Assembly: GCA_964549355.1 (NCBI GenBank)
Contig: CAZJUS010000026.1
Coordinates: 1 to 11,070 of the forward strand
DNA from: Candidatus Undinarchaeota archaeon
GTDB lineage: Archaea > SpSt-1190
Reading direction: 5' to 3'
DNA length: 11,070 bases
The notes under the pieces are model-generated. The model had not been told where the DNA came from, did not search any database, and was given only the letters and a program-made list of their open reading frames with translations. The translations under genes and the position numbers were made by a program. This document shows positions 7,032 through 11,070 of this stretch, piece after piece; within the stretch, counting starts at the first letter, position 1, and each line of letters starts with the position of its first letter.

Positions 7032-7663
7032 TAATAAAGGTCGGCAGAAACTTCGCCACCAAGAATTTGGCCCCCGGAAATTCAGTCTACGGGGAGGCCT
7101 TGATTAAAAGAAAAGGTGAAGAATTCCGGGTCTGGGACCCCAAGCGCAGCAAAGTCGGGGCGGCTCTGATGAAGGGCATGAAAATCCCGCTGAAGGAAAG
7201 GCACATGGTCCTGTACCTCGGAGTCGCCAGCGGGACCACCGCCAGCCATCTCAGTGATCTGCTGACTGAAGGCATGCTTTTCGGCGTGGATTTCGCACCC
7301 CGCGTCCTACGCGAATTCATCCTGCTCTCCGAAGTGCGGAAAAATCTGGTGCCCATCATGGCGGACGCCAACAAACCGCAGGACTACAGATGGCTGGTCC
7401 CTGATGTGGATTTCATTTTCCAGGATGTGGCCCAGCCCAACCAGGCGCAGATTTTAATCAAGAATGCAAAAACTTTCCTCAAGAAAGGGGGTTTGGTTTT
7501 TGTTGCAGTCAAATCACGGAGCATCGATGTCACCAAAAAACCAGGAGATGTTTTCAGGCAGTTCAAAAAAGAAATCAAAGATGCGGGATTCACTGTCGTT
7601 GATGAAAAAAGGCTTGAACCTTTTGAGAAAGACCACCTGGCCCTTCTTCTGAAAATGAAATAA
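7028..7663 (+). CDS. flpA: Fibrillarin-like rRNA/tRNA 2'-O-methyltransferase
   Basis: TKNLAPGNSVYGE, FRVWDPKRSKVGAAL, SAM motif VLYLGVASGTTASHLSD, FQDVAQPNQA, KSRSID, LEPFEKDH. Confidence 0.97.
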   Translation: MIIKVGRNFATKNLAPGNSVYGEALIKRKGEEFRVWDPKRSKVGAALMKGMKIPLKERHMVLYLGVASGTTASHLSDLLTEGMLFGVDFAPRVLREFILLSEVRKNLVPIMADANKPQDYRWLVPDVDFIFQDVAQPNQAQILIKNAKTFLKKGGLVFVAVKSRSIDVTKKPGDVFRQFKKEIKDAGFTVVDEKRLEPFEKDHLALLLKMK

Positions 7664-8755
7664 TCATGCATAAAATTCTTGCTGGTATTCTGTTAAATTC
7701 TCAAATAAAACTTTTGAGAAACTGTGAAACTGTTTCTTTAGATTTTCAACAACGGTTCGGTTGAAATAAATGGGCTCTTCATATCCTTCTTCTGCTTTCT
7801 GAGAAATCAGCAGGCCGGGCCCCTCAGTATACCAGGTGCCGGTGACCAGCAACTTCTTTTTCTTGTTGAAATAATACTTGTGCAGGTGCCCCCGGATCCG
7901 GTATTTTTCTTTCTCTCTGTCTTTCGGTTTCTTTTTATTTTCTCTGTAGAACAAGTTTATACCTGCCCTGCCTACAAATTCAATCTTATTGGCAATTTTT
8001 TCAGCAATATCCAGGAAACCGTCAACAACATCAATACTCTTTTTTGCGAGCTCAACGGCAGGGTTTGAAGTGTGTTTTATCCTCCAAGCCCTGAACTTCT
8101 TCCCGCCGTCTTCAAACGCCCTTGCCAGAGGGCCATCATATTTGTGGCCGTGTTCAAAATGAAGATTCCTCAGGACGTAGTCCTCCGCATAATTGATTCC
8201 AAGATGCTCAAGTTCATTCACATTTTCATGGTTTCCAATTATGTAAACAATCGACCCCTCGCGGATACCTTCCTTAAGTTCATCAACAATCTTGCCGAAA
8301 ACATCTGATGCAATTTCAATATTATATTTTCCTTCCGACACTGTTTTTAGATCCACTCCAGAATACGTATTGTTGATATTGTTTATTAATACATTCAATT
8401 CACTTATTTTATGATTATTCACTTTTTTGTTTCTTTTTCTCAGCTCTTCCGCTCTGTTGTAATCTAATTCACTTCCATTACGAAGTAGGTTCAAATATTC
8501 CCCAACATCAAAGGCAGAGCGGTTGCACAAGTGGTCAATGATGTCGCCATTGAGGATTATTTCATCAATTTTTTTCTCCTGCCATCTTTTTTTGCTTTTT
8601 TTAATATCCCTCAAAAATCTAAGAGCGTGAAGCAACCCCTCAGCTGAACTGTGCTTGATGTGCCTCTTAAAAACATGAACATCCGAATAGACATCTGCAA
8701 TATATGTTTCCTTGGCGTCCAGCGTTTCACGCCGGAATTGCGGATTGCTTTCCAT
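7664..8755 (-). CDS. Calcineurin-like metallophosphoesterase, motif pattern closest to LpxH-like hydrolases, with a large internal insert
   Basis: All five metal-binding motifs in order: SDVH (aa 24-27), GDIID (70-74), GNHE (174-177), HGH (202-204), GHLH (289-292), plus TGTW (compare LpxH-family GDW). Fills the gap between flpA and valS. Substrate unknown. Confidence 0.8.
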   Translation of the reverse strand: MESNPQFRRETLDAKETYIADVYSDVHVFKRHIKHSSAEGLLHALRFLRDIKKSKKRWQEKKIDEIILNGDIIDHLCNRSAFDVGEYLNLLRNGSELDYNRAEELRKRNKKVNNHKISELNVLINNINNTYSGVDLKTVSEGKYNIEIASDVFGKIVDELKEGIREGSIVYIIGNHENVNELEHLGINYAEDYVLRNLHFEHGHKYDGPLARAFEDGGKKFRAWRIKHTSNPAVELAKKSIDVVDGFLDIAEKIANKIEFVGRAGINLFYRENKKKPKDREKEKYRIRGHLHKYYFNKKKKLLVTGTWYTEGPGLLISQKAEEGYEEPIYFNRTVVENLKKQFHSFSKVLFENLTEYQQEFYA

Positions 8756-8779
8756 AAAACTGCGTACTTTTTGCAGGGC

Positions 8780-8787
8780 ATTTAAAC
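8780..8787 (-). promoter_or_regulatory. Possible TATA box (GTTTAAAT) for the phosphoesterase
   Basis: Lies in the 33-nt gap after the valS stop, ending 24 nt before ATG 8755; no SD sequence seen. Confidence 0.45.
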
Positions 8788-8788
8788 C

Positions 8789-11068
8789 TTACTCAACAAT
8801 CAACGAATGCATGGCCTTGAGGTCGTCTTCGTATGCCTTCAATTCGGCCGGGATCTGCATTTTTACACTGTCTTTGAGGCTGATACCTTTTTCTTTTTTC
8901 ATTGTCCAGACTTTTTCGTTGAAGCCCACAAGCCTCTGTGTTATCTGGGGGTCATCAACATTGAATTTTTCGGGCATCCGCTGTTCGTGAACCGATCCGC
9001 CGTACAGCCGAGTCCACACATGCTCGGTGACAAAAGGTATTATCGGGGCTAAAAGCTTCAGCACAACCTTCAGCACTTCATTCAGAGTCCAAACAGCACT
9101 CTCGTCATTGTTGTACGCCCTGGCTTTTGCCAATTCAATGTAATGCGATGCAAAAATCTCCCACGTAAAATTCCGTACACTGTTGGCAGGAATAAAGAGA
9201 TCCATATCAAGATAGCCCTTCAAAGATGCTTCAATTATTTTGTTGGCCTCACTCATAATCCACTTGTCCGTATTGTGAATTATTTTTGGCTTATTCACTT
9301 TTTGTGAATTAAACATTCCAACAAAACGGGCAATGTTATATAATTTTTGTATGAACTTTCCTGCACCATTCACTCTCTCTTCGCTCAGCCGTATATCGCT
9401 TCCAAGTTTTGCCTCTGATGCCCCCTGGAATCTCAAGGCATCCGCACCGTATTTTTCAATCATAGGTATGGGGTATAGGATATTCCCAAGCGACTTGCTC
9501 ATTTTTTTGCCGTTCTTGTCAACCACATGCCCGCTTATCCATGCGTGGTCGAAGGGCCGTTTGCCTGTCAGCTGCAAGCTTCTCAGCAGGCTGTAAAAGA
9601 GCCAGGTCCTCACTATGTCCTTCCCCTGGGGCCTCAGGAAAGTCGGGAAGGCTTTCTTGAAAAACTCATCATCGTGCAGGTAGCCGGCCACATAAAGGGC
9701 TGAAATGCTTGAATCCATCCAGGTGTCCAGCACCCTCGGGTCCCCTCTGCATTTTTTTCCGCATTTCGGGCACGGCAACTCTTCCTTCCAGGATTCGTAG
9801 TACCTCCCCGGCTCCGGCGCCCAGTAGCCGTGCTCTTCACATTTGAACAAAGGAATCGGCGTGCCGTAGAATCTGCGGCGGCTGACCGGCCAGTCCCGCG
9901 AAATCCTGTCCATCCAATCAACCAGCAGCTGCTTCATGGACAGGGGATGGAACTGCATGCCATCTGCAATCTTTCTGACCTCCTCCACAAATTCCTGCTG
10001 TTTCAGGTAGAATTCAGGAAGGGCCACAAACTCAATGTCATCCTTGCTCCTCCAGCAGACAGGCACCTGCTGTTCTATCTCTTCGCTTTTTTCCAGGAGG
10101 CCTTCCTTTTTGAGGTCTTCAATTATCCGTGAACGGGCCTCCTTTGTATGCATGCCGGCGTATCTGCCCCCGCCGTCATTGAGGGTGCCGTCAGGCTCAA
10201 TTATGAGGCGCTCGGTCAGGCCAAGCTCCTTGAAAAGCTTGACATCGGTCTGGTCGCCGTAGGAGCACAGCATCATGGCCCCCGTTCCGAAATCCGGCTT
10301 CGCCTCGGGGTGGGCAAAAACCTCCACCTTCCGGCCGTAGAGGGGGACTTTCACTTTCTTCCCCACAAATTTGGCGAACCTCTCATCATCAGGGTGGACT
10401 ATGACCGCATCGCAGGCGCCGAGCAGCTCCGGCCTGGTGGTGGCGATGGATATATGGCCCCCGCCGTCCACGGCGAATTTTATGTAGTTGAGTTTGGTCT
10501 TTCCGCTGCGGTATTCAATTTCTGCATCCGCCAGGGTGGTCTGGCACCCGGGGCACCAGTTGTTGGGCTGTTTGGCCTCATAAATCAGCCCCTTGTTCCA
10601 GAGCTCAATAAAAGTCGCCTGGGTCACCTTTCGGTATTCCGGGCTGTCTGTTCGGTAGGGGTTGTCCCAGTCCATGCTGATTCCCAGCGCCTGGAAAGTC
10701 TTCATGATATAAGCTTCATATTCATTGAGCTTCCTCCGGCAGATCTCCAGAAATTTCCCCCGCTCCATTTCATGCGCCTTGATGCCATGGTCCTTCTCGA
10801 CCCTGCTCTCAATGGGCAGGCCGTTCCGGTCAATCCCCAGCGGAAACCAGACGGGCTTCCCCATCATGCGCCAGCTCCGGGCAATCATGTCAATCTGGGA
10901 ATAGTGGATGGCATTCCCAATATGAATCTTCCCGCTGGGATACGGCGGGGGGGTGTCTATGACATACACGCGCTCTGCATCAGGCTTGGCCCAGGGTTTC
11001 CTTTTGAGCCAGCCGGCAAAAATCTCAGGCTCCTGCTCCTTCTTCCATCTCTTGTCAGCCAGCGGGGA
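8789..11068 (-). CDS. valS: Valine--tRNA ligase (archaeal type); 5' end lies beyond the window
   Basis: IDTPPPYPSGKIHIGN (HIGH motif), NWCPGCQTTLADAEIEY, ATTRPELL, FGTGAMMLCSYGD, DWPVSRRRFYGTPIP, LDTWMDSS, RPQGKDIVRTW, KMSKS. Frame remains open upstream of GTG 10969 (SPLADKRWKKEQEPEIFAGWLKRKPWAKPDAER-VYVIDT). Confidence 0.97.
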   Translation of the reverse strand, partial: SPLADKRWKKEQEPEIFAGWLKRKPWAKPDAERVYVIDTPPPYPSGKIHIGNAIHYSQIDMIARSWRMMGKPVWFPLGIDRNGLPIESRVEKDHGIKAHEMERGKFLEICRRKLNEYEAYIMKTFQALGISMDWDNPYRTDSPEYRKVTQATFIELWNKGLIYEAKQPNNWCPGCQTTLADAEIEYRSGKTKLNYIKFAVDGGGHISIATTRPELLGACDAVIVHPDDERFAKFVGKKVKVPLYGRKVEVFAHPEAKPDFGTGAMMLCSYGDQTDVKLFKELGLTERLIIEPDGTLNDGGGRYAGMHTKEARSRIIEDLKKEGLLEKSEEIEQQVPVCWRSKDDIEFVALPEFYLKQQEFVEEVRKIADGMQFHPLSMKQLLVDWMDRISRDWPVSRRRFYGTPIPLFKCEEHGYWAPEPGRYYESWKEELPCPKCGKKCRGDPRVLDTWMDSSISALYVAGYLHDDEFFKKAFPTFLRPQGKDIVRTWLFYSLLRSLQLTGKRPFDHAWISGHVVDKNGKKMSKSLGNILYPIPMIEKYGADALRFQGASEAKLGSDIRLSEERVNGAGKFIQKLYNIARFVGMFNSQKVNKPKIIHNTDKWIMSEANKIIEASLKGYLDMDLFIPANSVRNFTWEIFASHYIELAKARAYNNDESAVWTLNEVLKVVLKLLAPIIPFVTEHVWTRLYGGSVHEQRMPEKFNVDDPQITQRLVGFNEKVWTMKKEKGISLKDSVKMQIPAELKAYEDDLKAMHSLIVE

Positions 11069-11070
11069 TT

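Noticed and set aside
8760..8776. CTGC-N9-GCAG hairpin between valS and the phosphoesterase as a terminator
   Set aside because: Only a 4-bp stem, which is expected by chance.
7664..8788. Phosphoesterase as part of a mobile element or defence island
   Set aside because: No integrase, transposase, terminal repeats, target-site duplication or partner genes; low GC alone is insufficient.

Overview
A densely packed archaeal housekeeping region with nine genes in alternating orientation and almost no intergenic DNA. LonB, Nop5, fibrillarin, deoxyhypusine synthase and TATA-type promoters all indicate an archaeon; a streamlined DPANN-like lineage is my inference from the compaction. Order: deoxyhypusine synthase (+, 5' end outside window) | LonB protease (-) | AsnRS (+) | divergent CBS-containing IMPDH/GMP-reductase-family enzyme (-) | nop5 (+), an orphan 2-TM protein with a basic tail (+), fibrillarin (+) | AT-rich LpxH-like metallophosphoesterase with a large insert (-) | ValRS (-, 5' end outside window). 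Two short divergent promoter regions carry four TATA boxes, each 20 nt before a start codon (leaderless mRNAs), and both contain inverted repeats. I saw no mobile element, CRISPR array, tRNA, rRNA or intein. Best leads: (1) the GuaB-like enzyme has an altered catalytic loop and a GMP-reductase-like flap and C-terminus; (2) a membrane protein gene is translationally coupled between nop5 and fibrillarin; (3) the low-GC phosphoesterase. None of these can be shown to be a new system from sequence alone.
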